This document shows positions 28,001-37,279 of a stretch of DNA of 64,000 bases, piece by piece. Source of the DNA: Octopus vulgaris (Eukaryota). Position 1 is the stretch's first letter; each line of letters opens with the position of its first letter. The DNA is taken from positions 144,646,001 through 144,710,000 of the forward strand of contig OX597818.1 of assembly GCA_951406725.2 (NCBI GenBank). The letters are read 5' to 3'. The position numbers and the translations under genes were made by a program. The notes beneath the pieces were generated by a model. That model searched no databases and had not been told where the DNA came from. It saw only the letters and a program-made list of their open reading frames with translations.

Positions 28001-28929
28001 AACCAAAACATGGTGGTGGGTTTGCAACTTGACACCTGCAGAGGCAAATCCATGTTGGTCACAGCTAATTTTTGTTGCTGGACCAAGGGTCTTGTTAAAA
28101 TACTCAGGGTCTGATTTGGACTGCACCTCCTAGTAAATAAGAAGTGGGAAGAGACTGAGAGCAAGGTGGCCATTCTCTCTCAGAAATAGGCTGAGAGGAA
28201 GCTGACCTTGAAAGGTTGGACAAAAGTTGCTAATGTCTACTACTTGGCTATTGCCCCTTGTCTCAAGAAACATCTGAGCAGACTGGAGCACATGCTTTTT
28301 TACATCCTATGGAAGAGAGAGGTTCCATTGGTCATGTACATACAACTAGACAATGCTATCAGTGGTAAAAGGACTCTCGCATTCTGTTGAGAGTTAGTGG
28401 AGAGTATGAGCAACAATAGTCTGGGAACAGCTCTGATCATCAACAAGAACAGTCTGAGCTGTCTCTTCTGGAGAGCTCTCAAATCATGGACTATGGACAA
28501 CTTCCAAGAGATCGTTGGCACAGCAGAGCTTACAAAGGAACATTAACAGTTTGTGACAACTCTATAGGCATAGAAATGGTCTTACCACCTATTGAAGAAC
28601 ATTTGTAATTCTTTATTTTTAAACTTTTTTTAATATTTCTTTTTACTTGATATACTCCACTTTTGTGTGATTTTTCATTTTCATCCTTGTATTGTCCTTA
28701 TTATCATTATTATTATTAAGACAGCAAGCTGGCAGAATTGTTAGCATGCCGAGCAAAATGCTTAGCGGTATTTTGTCTGTCTTCACACTCTGAGTTCAAA
28801 TGCTGCCAGCTTGACTTTGCTTTTCATTTTTCGGGGTCAATAAATTAAGTACCAGTTACACACTGGGGTTGATGTAATTGAGTTTACTCCTTACTCCGAA
28901 TTTGAGGCTTTGTGTTTCCAGTAGAAAGA

Positions 28930-28965
<36 letters not shown>

Positions 28966-30712
28966 TCTTCTTTAACTCAATATCATTAGATTGATCCTGA
29001 GATGTCGCCAAGATGCTAGGACACGTTTTGCTAAAATGCGCTCTGATGTGTTGGTCAAGATAGAATTACTGGATCAGAAACATGGTATGTGATTTAACAG
29101 AATTTTTTTTTTTTTTTCAAATTTATTTGTTTACTCCTGAATTGTTTCATAAAAAATAAAATACAGTAAGATGAAATTCAATAACCTGAATGGGTGATTC
29201 AGCTTTTATCTCTAGCAACAGATATTCCCCAATTTACAAGACACAATCTAACCAGTTTAGGTAGCAAACATTCAGGGATGATTATAAGTGTATATCGTTC
29301 CTGAACCACTTGTTATAATAGGTGGATCCTCTATTTGACATCTGAAAGTGTATCACAAATGCGTGAGTATATATTTATGTGGGCATGGCTGTGGGATAAG
29401 AAGTTTGCTTCCCAACCACATGGTTCTAGGTTCAGTCCTGGCACCTTCTACTATAGCCTCAGGCCAACCAAAGCCTTGTGAGTGGATTAGGTAGATGGAA
29501 ACTGAAAGAAGTCAATCGTGTGTGTGTGGGTGGGTGCGCACACACACACACATATATATATATCTGGTCTTCCTTAAGACAAATTTGCCCAGACTTGTGT
29601 CCCAGAGGGTAACTTTCTGGACCAAAGACCAAAGAATTACTGTACAACAGTGGTTCTTGACCACTGGGCTATAAACCAATACTGGGCCATGTAGCAACAT
29701 GATACCAGGCCAAACAGATCAAATAAATTTTTTCTAGGGGAACTTGTGCCTCAGAGGGGAACTTCCTATGGTCATTCATGAATGAAGAGAGTCTTTATTC
29801 TTTAATATTTATATGTAATGATTAAATCATATTATGCACTTTATTGTATTTTGTTTCGTGCATGATCCACCAGTTCTCATAAAAATTGTCTTGCATGAAA
29901 CTGGTCTGAAGCACAAAAAAAATGTTGGGTCCATTGCTGTACAACGTCACTGAAAAATAATAATTACAGATCTTGAAGAATTACTTGAGAATTTCTTCTA
30001 TAGAAAATCTGTAGAGATGACCTTAACGTGATTTAAATGCACTGCTAACACAGTAGGACATGGTATTGACTTCTAAAAATGTTTAATGTACTTCGTAGTA
30101 AGTTATGGTTGCATTACAAAATACCATATGCCTACAAGTCATTAATATATATGTTTTGGATTGGGTCTGCCCCTCTGGCGAATCCCCAACATGTCATGTA
30201 ATGTTATAGATTGGGTCTGCTCCTCTGGCAGATCCCCAACATGTCATGTAATGTTATGGATTGGATCTGCCCCTCGGGCGAAACTCAGACATGTCATGTA
30301 ATGTTATGGATTGGCCCTGCCCCTCTGGCGAATCTCCAACATGTCATGTAATGTTATGGATTAGGTCTGCCCTCTGGCGAATCTCTGACATGTCAGGTAA
30401 TGTTATGGGTTGGGTCTGCCCCTCTGGCTGATCTGACATGTCACATAATGTTATGGATTGGGTCTACCCCTCTGGCTAATCTGACATGTCACGTAATGTT
30501 ATGGGTTCAGTCTGCCCCTCTGGCGAATCTGATGTCATGTGTGGTTTGTGTTTACATCCCTGTAACTTAGTGGCTCAGCAAAAGAAACTGTTAGAATAGG
30601 TACCAGGCTTAAAAAAAAAATAAGTATTGGGGCTGATTTGTTCAACTAAAGTACTTCAAGGCTGTGTCTCAGCATGGCCGTAGTCTAGTGACTGAAACAA
30701 AAAATAATAGAT

Positions 30713-30743
<31 letters not shown>

Positions 30744-31076
30744 AATAATTTATCTATTTATCTATTATTGTATCAATGTATCTATTTATTTTTCTTTTTT
30801 TATCTAACAGTGCAAGACATTGTATTTCAACTGCAGCGATTTGTATCAGCCATGTCTAAATACCACAGTGACTGCCATTCAGTAATGAAAGAAGCTGTAG
30901 TTTTCCCTATTGAAGTTGATTTATCTCGCAGCACTCTCACATATGACCATTCCAATGACTTTAACGATGACGATGGAGATGAAATTGAAGAAGGTGAAGA
31001 AGCAATGGCAGATAGATTGAACACTGAGCCTGTTGACAACGATACTGGCCTAATTGACCTCATGACTGCTGACTAA
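8384..31076 (+). CDS. PICK1: PICK1 / PRKCA-binding protein (PDZ + BAR/arfaptin-homology domain), spliced: join(8384..8448?,12322..12562,15666..15732,17340..17429,19660..19776,23049..23182,23967..24059,25783..25883,28990..29084,30811..31076), 1269 nt, about 422 aa
   Basis: Exons translate colinearly to PICK1 motifs: QKDAQNLIGISIGGGAPLCPCLYVVQVFDNTPAA, HADPKQGKSLDIVLKKVKHR, ADALGLSRAILCNDGLVKKLEELEKTA, FGDVFVGIGVREPQP, NKAVPDTRLTIKKYLD, SYCLKLKEMDDEEY, LILRCRQDAR, ELLDQKHVQDIVFQLQR, FPIEVDL. All introns are GT-AG and phases are consistent. Only the first exon is uncertain. Confidence 0.95.
12322..12562 (+). CDS. PICK1: PICK1 exon, PDZ domain
   Basis: ttttccag| acceptor; GMTVSSGSVTLQKDAQNLIGISIGGGAPLCPCLYVVQVFDNTPAAKDGQLASGDEIVGVNGQTVKGKTKVEVAKMIQAIK; donor AAG|GTAAGT. 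Confidence 0.97.
15666..15732 (+). CDS. PICK1: PICK1 exon
   Basis: tttttag| GEVTVHFNKLHADPKQGKSLDI, G|GTAAGT. Confidence 0.96.
16597..17006 (+). mobile_element. CR1-type LINE 3' end (5'-truncated), intronic
   Basis: SYEERLKTLDLYSLEKHRRRVDLILAHNIISG...RLRGHSKKL...WVVDPWNKL...FKVSLD, followed by a short 3' UTR and a (TTAAC)n-like tail. Confidence 0.85.
17340..17429 (+). CDS. PICK1: PICK1 exon (linker / amphipathic helix region)
   Basis: cttctag| (V)LKKVKHRFVENMNSNTADALGLSRAILCN, G|GTAAGT. Confidence 0.96.
19660..19776 (+). CDS. PICK1: PICK1 exon (BAR domain start)
   Basis: ttttgcag| (D)GLVKKLEELEKTAEMYCGLIEHAKRLLKATFELSQSYK, A|GTAAGT. Confidence 0.96.
20519..20752 (+). mobile_element. tRNA-derived SINE (Meta-domain-like), CpG-decayed copy; related copies at ~11226, 11455, 18260, 19330, 28719, 33950, 39142, 55885
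   Basis: tRNA-like head with A/B boxes (gagttcaaattc), central gactttgcctttcatcctttcggggtcgataaattaagtaccagt-like domain and an (ATT)n tail. Confidence 0.8.
23049..23182 (+). CDS. PICK1: PICK1 exon (BAR)
   Basis: gttttag| (T)FGDVFVGIGVREPQPRASEAFSKFGEAHRDMEKFAIKMIRTVKP |GTAAGT. Confidence 0.96.
23967..24059 (+). CDS. PICK1: PICK1 exon (BAR)
   Basis: ttttgcag| MICDLHTFLNKAVPDTRLTIKKYLDSKFEYL |GTAAGT. Confidence 0.96.
24590..25083 (+). mobile_element. SINE with internal tandem units and RTE-type (GAT)n tail
   Basis: Same family as 4396-4830; ends ...gaacggacgttaaacgatgatgatgatgatg. Confidence 0.8.
25430..25640. repeat. Minisatellite, ~26-bp unit (gtagccattagcacagtaccctagtaat-like)
   Basis: About 8 degenerate tandem copies just upstream of the 25783 exon. 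Confidence 0.7.
25783..25883 (+). CDS. PICK1: PICK1 exon (BAR)
   Basis: ttttgtag| SYCLKLKEMDDEEYSYAALQEPLYRVETGNYEY(R), AG|GTAAGA. Confidence 0.96.
25990..26620 (+). mobile_element. Degraded CR1/L2-type LINE RT C-terminal remnant
   Basis: YLKLYMVMLCPHLEFAPPIWNSYLVQNISFLQADQRRAARL and THGRAYKIKKQ motifs with frameshifts. Confidence 0.7.
27600..28650 (+). mobile_element. Degraded L1/Tx1-type LINE RT remnant
   Basis: SKAFNKVNHHILAAVL, VRQGCPL-like (gtccgtcaaggatgccctctc) and ERKLTLKG motifs in broken frames. Confidence 0.65.
28990..29084 (+). CDS. PICK1: PICK1 exon (BAR)
   Basis: tcattag| LILRCRQDARTRFAKMRSDVLVKIELLDQKH, G|GTATGT. Confidence 0.96.
29648..29936. mobile_element. hAT-type MITE
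   Basis: CAGTGG...CCATTG termini with 8-bp TSD CTGTACAA (29640-29647, 29937-29944). Confidence 0.75.
30151..30540. repeat. Minisatellite, 8 x ~47-50 bp (atgttatggattgggtctgcccctctggcgaatccccaacatgtcatgta)
   Basis: Directly visible tandem array in the last PICK1 intron, without unique spacers. Confidence 0.92.
30811..31076 (+). CDS. PICK1: PICK1 last coding exon (BAR end + acidic tail)
   Basis: ctaacag| (V)QDIVFQLQRFVSAMSKYHSDCHSVMKEAVVFPIEVDLSRSTLTYDHSNDFNDDDGDEIEEGEE...LIDLMTAD, stop TAA ending at 31076. Confidence 0.96.
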
Positions 31077-31317
31077 TCAGCAAATTTTTCCCTGTATCTT
31101 TTAAAAAATTTAATATATTATGAAGGCCTAATTTCTGTAATTTTTAGTTGTTATTGTTGTACATATTTATACAACAAAACGGAAGTTAACTCAGTATGAA
31201 TTTAATATTTAAGTATTTGTATTGTTTGTGTCCAAAATGACACTAAGATTTTGTGATATTATTTCTTTGTTGAGATACTATTTCTTTGTTGAGGTTTATA
31301 TGAATCATTAAAGAAAA

Positions 31318-31323
31318 AATAAA
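31318..31323 (+). promoter_or_regulatory. Candidate PICK1 polyadenylation signal
   Basis: First AATAAA about 240 nt after the stop codon in an AT-rich 3' UTR. Further AATAAA clusters near 33840-33900 are alternatives. Confidence 0.3.
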
Positions 31324-32379
31324 TGTTTGAAAAATATTATTTAAAAGTTGTCCAATTATTTATTTCTCAATGCCTATCAAATAGTATTAAAGGTCTAATT
31401 TTTTTCTTGTGAAAAGGATCAAACTTAAATTAAACTGTTTTTTTTTTTGAGTGTCACATCTTTTGTTGAAAATTTTCTTACAGTTGTCCTAATTGCATTT
31501 TTTGTGGAAAATTACCTGTCAATCTAGATATCCACTGTACTCACAATCATTCTATGTAGAGTTATTATGAGTACATATGTCTGCATACTGAAAAGGAATT
31601 AAGCTGGTGATGGATTTCTATCCAAATAACAACTGAAATAGGGATAAAATTAAAGACAGTGAATTGGCAGAATCACTGGTTCAGGACAAAATGGCTTGCA
31701 GTGTTTGTTCTGGCTGTGTATGCGGAAATCAACTTTTCCTTTCATCTTTTAGGGGTGGGGTGGGTAGGTCAATAGAATAAAGTATCCACCAAAATGAATT
31801 GAGAAATTGTAAGAGCTTTGAACTAGATGCCTTGGGCTAATTTTTTGAACACTTAGTGTTCTGAATTCTTCAGTGGCAGTCTTAATCCATTACCAGTTTA
31901 GCACCACTTCCTGATCTTGGAGCAACTATAACAGAATTCACATTACTGCAAGTATTCAAAACAGATGTTTAGTTTGAAGGTAACTTTCTGCTTTTCTTCC
32001 ATCACATTCAAAGGTCCTGAAAAAAAAGTAGTAGATTTGACGAAACAGTAAAAACAGGCGACCTCAAAAATCTGATGATAATATGTGATAGTGCAGATTT
32101 CAAGTATAATTTGAATTGTAAAAGAGATGAGTGGAAACATTTTAACCTCATCACTTGTCTGACGTTTTATTCCTCATGGAGGATACGAATAACACAAACC
32201 TTCAAAATAACCATCAACCTTGGCATTTATGTTCATCTAGTGGGCCCCACCTTCTATCAAACACCTAACTGCCTTTTTCTGTTCTCTCTAATACTTCTTG
32301 GGTTACATCACAATTTCTTCCCCTCTTTTTCTAGTCACCTCTCCTCCTTTACTTACTTTCCGTATTGTGTACCCACCTT

Positions 32380-32566
32380 GCTGCTTTGGGTATGGACTTG
32401 TGAGAGCATCAAATAGAATGCATTGCAATATTTGTCCTATTGTCATCTCCCTTGTGAGTTCAGCATCCTAAGATCAGCTTTCACTTCTGCACATAACTTC
32501 CTTGGTCTTCCTCTTTTACTGTTTCTGTTCACATAGATCTCCAGGCACTTCTTTACCAATCTGTCC

Positions 32567-32602
<36 letters not shown>

Positions 32603-32870
32603 TACATGGTGCAAATGAATGCAGTCGTCTCTCTTGAACACTACATCTGATTCTTCTTATACCTGGTTTTTGTCTGAGCTGGTCTGTACCCTGTTGTTCA
32701 TGCTCATTAACACCAGATAACCAACAGAGCATGCTTGCTTCATATATTTTCAGCCATCACACATCCTCTGTGCTTAGTGTCCATGTCTCATTATCATACA
32801 ACATTGCAGTTCAGAGCCAAGCATTATACACTCTATTCTTCGTTTAAAGAGAGGACTCCTTCCAGAGATG
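32380..32870 (-). mobile_element. Degraded RTE LINE RT C-terminal remnant
   Basis: Minus strand resembles the ...LYNA...TAMLYDNETWTL... RT thumb region and a GRPRK-like end; heavily mutated. Confidence 0.5.
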
Positions 32871-33238
32871 ATGAAATAATCGGCTGATGGCAACTGAGAC
32901 AAATTGCAAATGAGAAGAGAAGATAATCTCAAGAATTAAATATGATCCAACATTAACATATTTAGGGAAAGGCATTCTGATTTCTGGAGACAAAAAGGCA
33001 GCATGAACACTAATTGTCCTCCCTTATCTTCTGCAGACAGGACACAGACAGATACACAAAAAGAGTAGGGTGAACCAAAAATAGATTAAAAGGAAACAAA
33101 AATGAGCTAAGAGAAAAAACTTAGTAGGGCCAGTGACATGTACTTGAACAACAAAGACAAATAAAAGCATATTAAATACAAGATAATCTTGATTCTTATC
33201 TTCCTTTCACATTTTGAGTGGGTCCTAAATGCCATTAA

Positions 33239-33459
33239 CCCTTTCGTTACCAACCCGGCTGAAACTGGCTCTGGCTCTTTAGTACAAATGTCTGGTTTTC
33301 AAAAGTTCTGAATTAAAACCTTCCACCAAACCTTAGTCACAATTTATGTCCCTAACTCTAGCTTAATGATAACGATGTTATTTTACTTAATTCTTTGTTA
33401 TATTTAAAATAATTGGAAGAAACACTGAGCATCTCAACAAAAATTCAGTAATGAAAGGG
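33239..33459. mobile_element. piggyBac-type MITE
   Basis: TTAA TSD on both sides (33235-33238, 33460-33463); TIRs CCCTTTCGTTAC/GTAATGAAAGGG. Confidence 0.88.
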
Positions 33460-34604
33460 TTAAGCACGAAGGTGGTTAATGTGTTCAGCTCATAATGATA
33501 AAGTTGTTAGTTCAATTTCTGGACCAGGCACTTGATTTCACATTGGTTCAGCCAACTCAGTATCATGCACTGTTGGTGCATCTCCTCTCCTGCCAAATGC
33601 CATATCCTTCATGTTCTGTTGGGTTAAGGGTGTGAATGTAAACAGATATCCTGGAAGGTGTCTGTGTTTGCTTGCAACTGTATAGACACCTAAAACAAAT
33701 TAGTGATAACATGGTACATATGATCAAGCCATACCCACTCAAGAGTGATGGCTGGCTATATTATAATAATGATTCAAGAATAAAAGAATTCTTTCCTTTA
33801 TACTGAAGTACCACCGTTCTTGAAACTATCACAGCATAAAAAAATAAATCTATTTTTATATTATTAACACTATTTTTATTACTATATACAATAAATAAAT
33901 AAAAATAATATATAATTTATAGATACAACTGTTAAAAGATAATTCTGTCATGGTCGACTTTGCCTTTCACCCTTTGAGGTTTGATAAAGTACAGTTTTGC
34001 GCTGAGATAGATATAATCGACTTATCCCTCCCCCAAAATTGTCGGCCTTGAGCCAAAATTTGAAATCAATACATAAACGTATTAAGAGCTCACTCACTTA
34101 CTGTTCCTTTTTTTTATATTTATATCTTTTAGATACGGGGTGTAGGGATATTTGAGGATTCTTAAATATCAGTATATTACTCTCTTCAAAACAGTTAAAA
34201 GGTTGTTTTTTTAAAATTTAGGATGGAAGACATTCCAACCATAACCATCCCATCTTTTTATCTTTTTTCTTTAATACAGTTTGTCTATCAAATAATATTT
34301 AATATTTTTTAAAGTCGTAGAATGTGATGAGAGATTTGATTGTTATTTCTAGCAGGCGAGCCTCTAAGTTGATGCCGAGTGACATAAGGGACATAACTCT
34401 GTTACATCATAGTTGCTTGTTAAAACAAAGTATTTAATAGTAAAAATTATAAAAAACAATCTTTTTTAAACAAGTTTCGTTCATTTACTTTCTTCGTTTC
34501 ATTAAAATTTATCTAAGACACACCCTCGTATATTTTTCCTCGTTTGGCTTGTGGGCAGCTTAAACTCATGGGCCCCGGCTGATCCCTCCTCTCAGTGGGA
34601 ATAT

Positions 34605-34813
34605 AATTGCAGCGTGGAAGGTGTTTATAAGTCATTTAAAACACACAAAAACCGTTAGATTCACTTCAACATTTAAATTTAATTTGCCAAAATATTTTCA
34701 TCGCGGTCTGAAAGCGACGAAAATATTTTGGCAAATTAAATTTAAATGTTGAAGTGAATCTAACGGTTTTTGTGTGTTTTAAATGACTTATAAACACCTT
34801 CCACGCTGCAATT
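34605..34813. repeat. 209-bp fold-back palindrome of a hammerhead-bearing repeat (other copies 40713-40856, 48949-49068)
   Basis: 100-bp arms (34605-34704 / 34714-34813) with one mismatch and a 9-nt spacer GGTCTGAAA. Confidence 0.93.
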
Positions 34814-34995
34814 GTTTTCGTTCCAGCACACGATCTCAGATCAGGTCACATGCTATGCAAGTACATCTCCGTAATAAACCTGCCCCACACGCACATATAC
34901 AGTTACGCGCACACACACATCGTGTCTCATACAGTAACGCACGCACATACACACGCAGTCTCATACTGTTATGCGTACGCACACAAACACACACA

Positions 34996-35037
<42 letters not shown>

Positions 35038-35835
35038 TACTCACACACACACACACACACACACTCACAGATGCCAGCAGACAACCAGCATCATATTTTA
35101 CATTTCTTTATTTTTTATTGGAACACTAACGTTGAGGAAGGAGGAAGACATAGCGACTAATTATAGCGGACTGACATGTCAGTCTTTCCAAACCAATTTT
35201 ATTTATATAGATTTATTAATTCAGTTTAAAAACTTAGTGTCCGTGCTTCCTTAATTATAAACTCTGAAAGAAAAGATACTAAAATGCCACACACATAAAC
35301 TACATAAACACAGAAAAGTTGAATCGATAGGTCCTCAATCAGGAATCGAAACCGAAACCGATTTGCTGTGTTGGCTAAGTAGTAGTAGTAGAAGCACACA
35401 TCTAATTCACAAACAATAATTATATTTCGTTTATATATTTGTTTTGCAAGATTCCTGATGTGAAATCGTGTGTTGAAACAGATATTCCTATATTTGAGGG
35501 TGGTCATATTTTACCAGATAAACAAATGCATTATATACGTAGGTCTTCACTTCAGCTTTATTATTCTTATTTTAGTGTCCTTAGCTCTAAAATAATAATA
35601 ATAATAATAATAAAGCTGAAGTGAAGACTAAGCATATAGTGGGTGTGTTTAATTGACAAAAATATGAACATCTCCAAATATAACTTGCAATCGACATGCT
35701 ACAAGTTTTATTTACTACGTTTCACTGTTAAACCGACATCGCATTAATGTTCGATTTGTTTTGAAAATATGAACTCATAGAAAAGTGGAGAGTAAATAAA
35801 TATATTATATTTCTCAGAAAAATTTAGAAAAGAAA

Positions 35836-36134
35836 AAAAGGTTGGAGTTCAATTATATCGAACGAGCTGCCAGCCGACGACTATTCACAGGCGCGATCCC
35901 ACTACTGCTCGACACGGGGCCTTTTGCCTGCTGCGTTTCCGCCCTGGGCCGAAGCGACCCTCCTTAGACAACCTGGTCCTGATGAGCTCCCTCTCCAGCA
36001 CCATATTGATGCCGAGCTTAGCGCGGACACCCGATCGCCATAGAAGACCGACTACCAGGACTCCCATCCTCAAACCGGTCAACCAACCAAGCCTCCGAGT
36101 AGCTGGATTACAGGAGCACGCCACAACTCCCGGC
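35836..36134 (-). ncRNA. RN7SL: 7SL / signal recognition particle RNA (metazoan SRP RNA)
   Basis: Minus strand starts GCCGGGAGTTGTGGCGTGCTCCTGTAATCCAGCTACTCGGAGGCT (Alu domain). It contains GATCGGGTGTCCGCGCTAAGCTCGGCATCAATATGGT, the helix 8 sequence GGCCCAGGGCGGAAACGCAGCAGGCAAAA and AGTAGTGGGATCGCGCCTGTGAATAG. Length is about 295 nt, followed by a T7 Pol III terminator (35833-35839). Confidence 0.97.
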
Positions 36135-36379
36135 GATGGCATCTGTGCGAATTTAATTACTTAAACCTAACTTCACCTGTTCATAGCAACATTATACGGA
36201 GAATTTGTTGTCTCTCTCTCTTTTTTTTTTTTTTTAATATTCATATTTAATTTTATAGCTCGAAAGTTTTAAGAATAATCGAAAATACAAGAAAAATAAT
36301 TTATTTTTGACTTCACTCTTATCGTTTTAATCTCGTTCTCGAAAACATGTTCAGTAAGCAGGGGAGATAATTGTTACTC

Positions 36380-36720
36380 ATTGCATCACTAAAGCAGAGA
36401 GGAACTCCTTCTTGCCATTACACTTCCTCATTGCGCTACTCTCCCTGATAGCATACGGTGAACATTCAGGCCTACCTGTGAGTTTATCAAATCCATGGTG
36501 AAAATAAATCACCTTCTTTATATGGATGACCTCAAGCTGTATTTAAACAAAGAGACAGACATAGACTCTGTGATCTAGACAGTAAGAGTATTCAGTGGGG
36601 CTAAATAAATGCACGGTCCTAATAATGAAAAGAGGCAAACTCTAATGGCATAAAATTTACACAAGACATCATAAGAATATTGTGGAATAATGAGGAGTAC
36701 CAATATCTAGGAGTGCAGCA
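36380..36720 (+). mobile_element. R4/Dong-like (RLE-class) LINE RT fragment
   Basis: KINHLLYMDDLKLY, GLNKCTVLIMKRGK and EYQYLGV motifs in broken frames. Confidence 0.65.
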
Positions 36721-37279
36721 ATCATACTGAGTTCAAATTTTCAGCATGGTCTTTCACGATTTTATCTCTGGTCGGTTAACCTGAATTTCCCGATCAGTCT
36801 GAACACTGAAATTACAAAAGAATGGTAACTTCAGTCTTCTGGACTTCTGCTGTTTAACGTTCCTACCAATTCTTTTTGTAGGGGAAGTTGGATGTGCGGT
36901 TTATTGATCTCTGTATGTACTGAGCTGCCCCTGTCATGGATAGATAGATGTATGTATATTTGTGTATGTATGTGTATAGACATGTATATTTGTGTATACA
37001 CATACACAAATACATATACAATACTTACATACACAAATATACATACATATACCCATAAACATAGCATAAGCGATTCAGCTGAAAAAAAATTAAAGAAATA
37101 ATTCTTTTTTATGGAAATTACCGAAAAAGTACTTTCACTTTTCGTGTATGGTTATCGAAAGATAGCCAAAAAATTTGTTTTACTTAAATCCCAGCAATGG
37201 ACCACCACCGTTGGGCTAAACAAAACACATTTGTTACTTTCGCATCATCATTCTATAAAATGTGTTTATGGAGAGAAAT

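Noticed and set aside
30151-30540. CRISPR-like appearance of regular ~50-bp repeats (also 4396-4670, 24700-24920, 25430-25640)
   Set aside because: Units are contiguous with no unique spacers, the context is a eukaryotic intron, and there are no cas genes; these are minisatellites or SINE-internal repeats.
35885-36164. ORFs 35885-36142(-) and 35982-36164(+)
   Set aside because: Shadow frames over the 7SL RNA gene.
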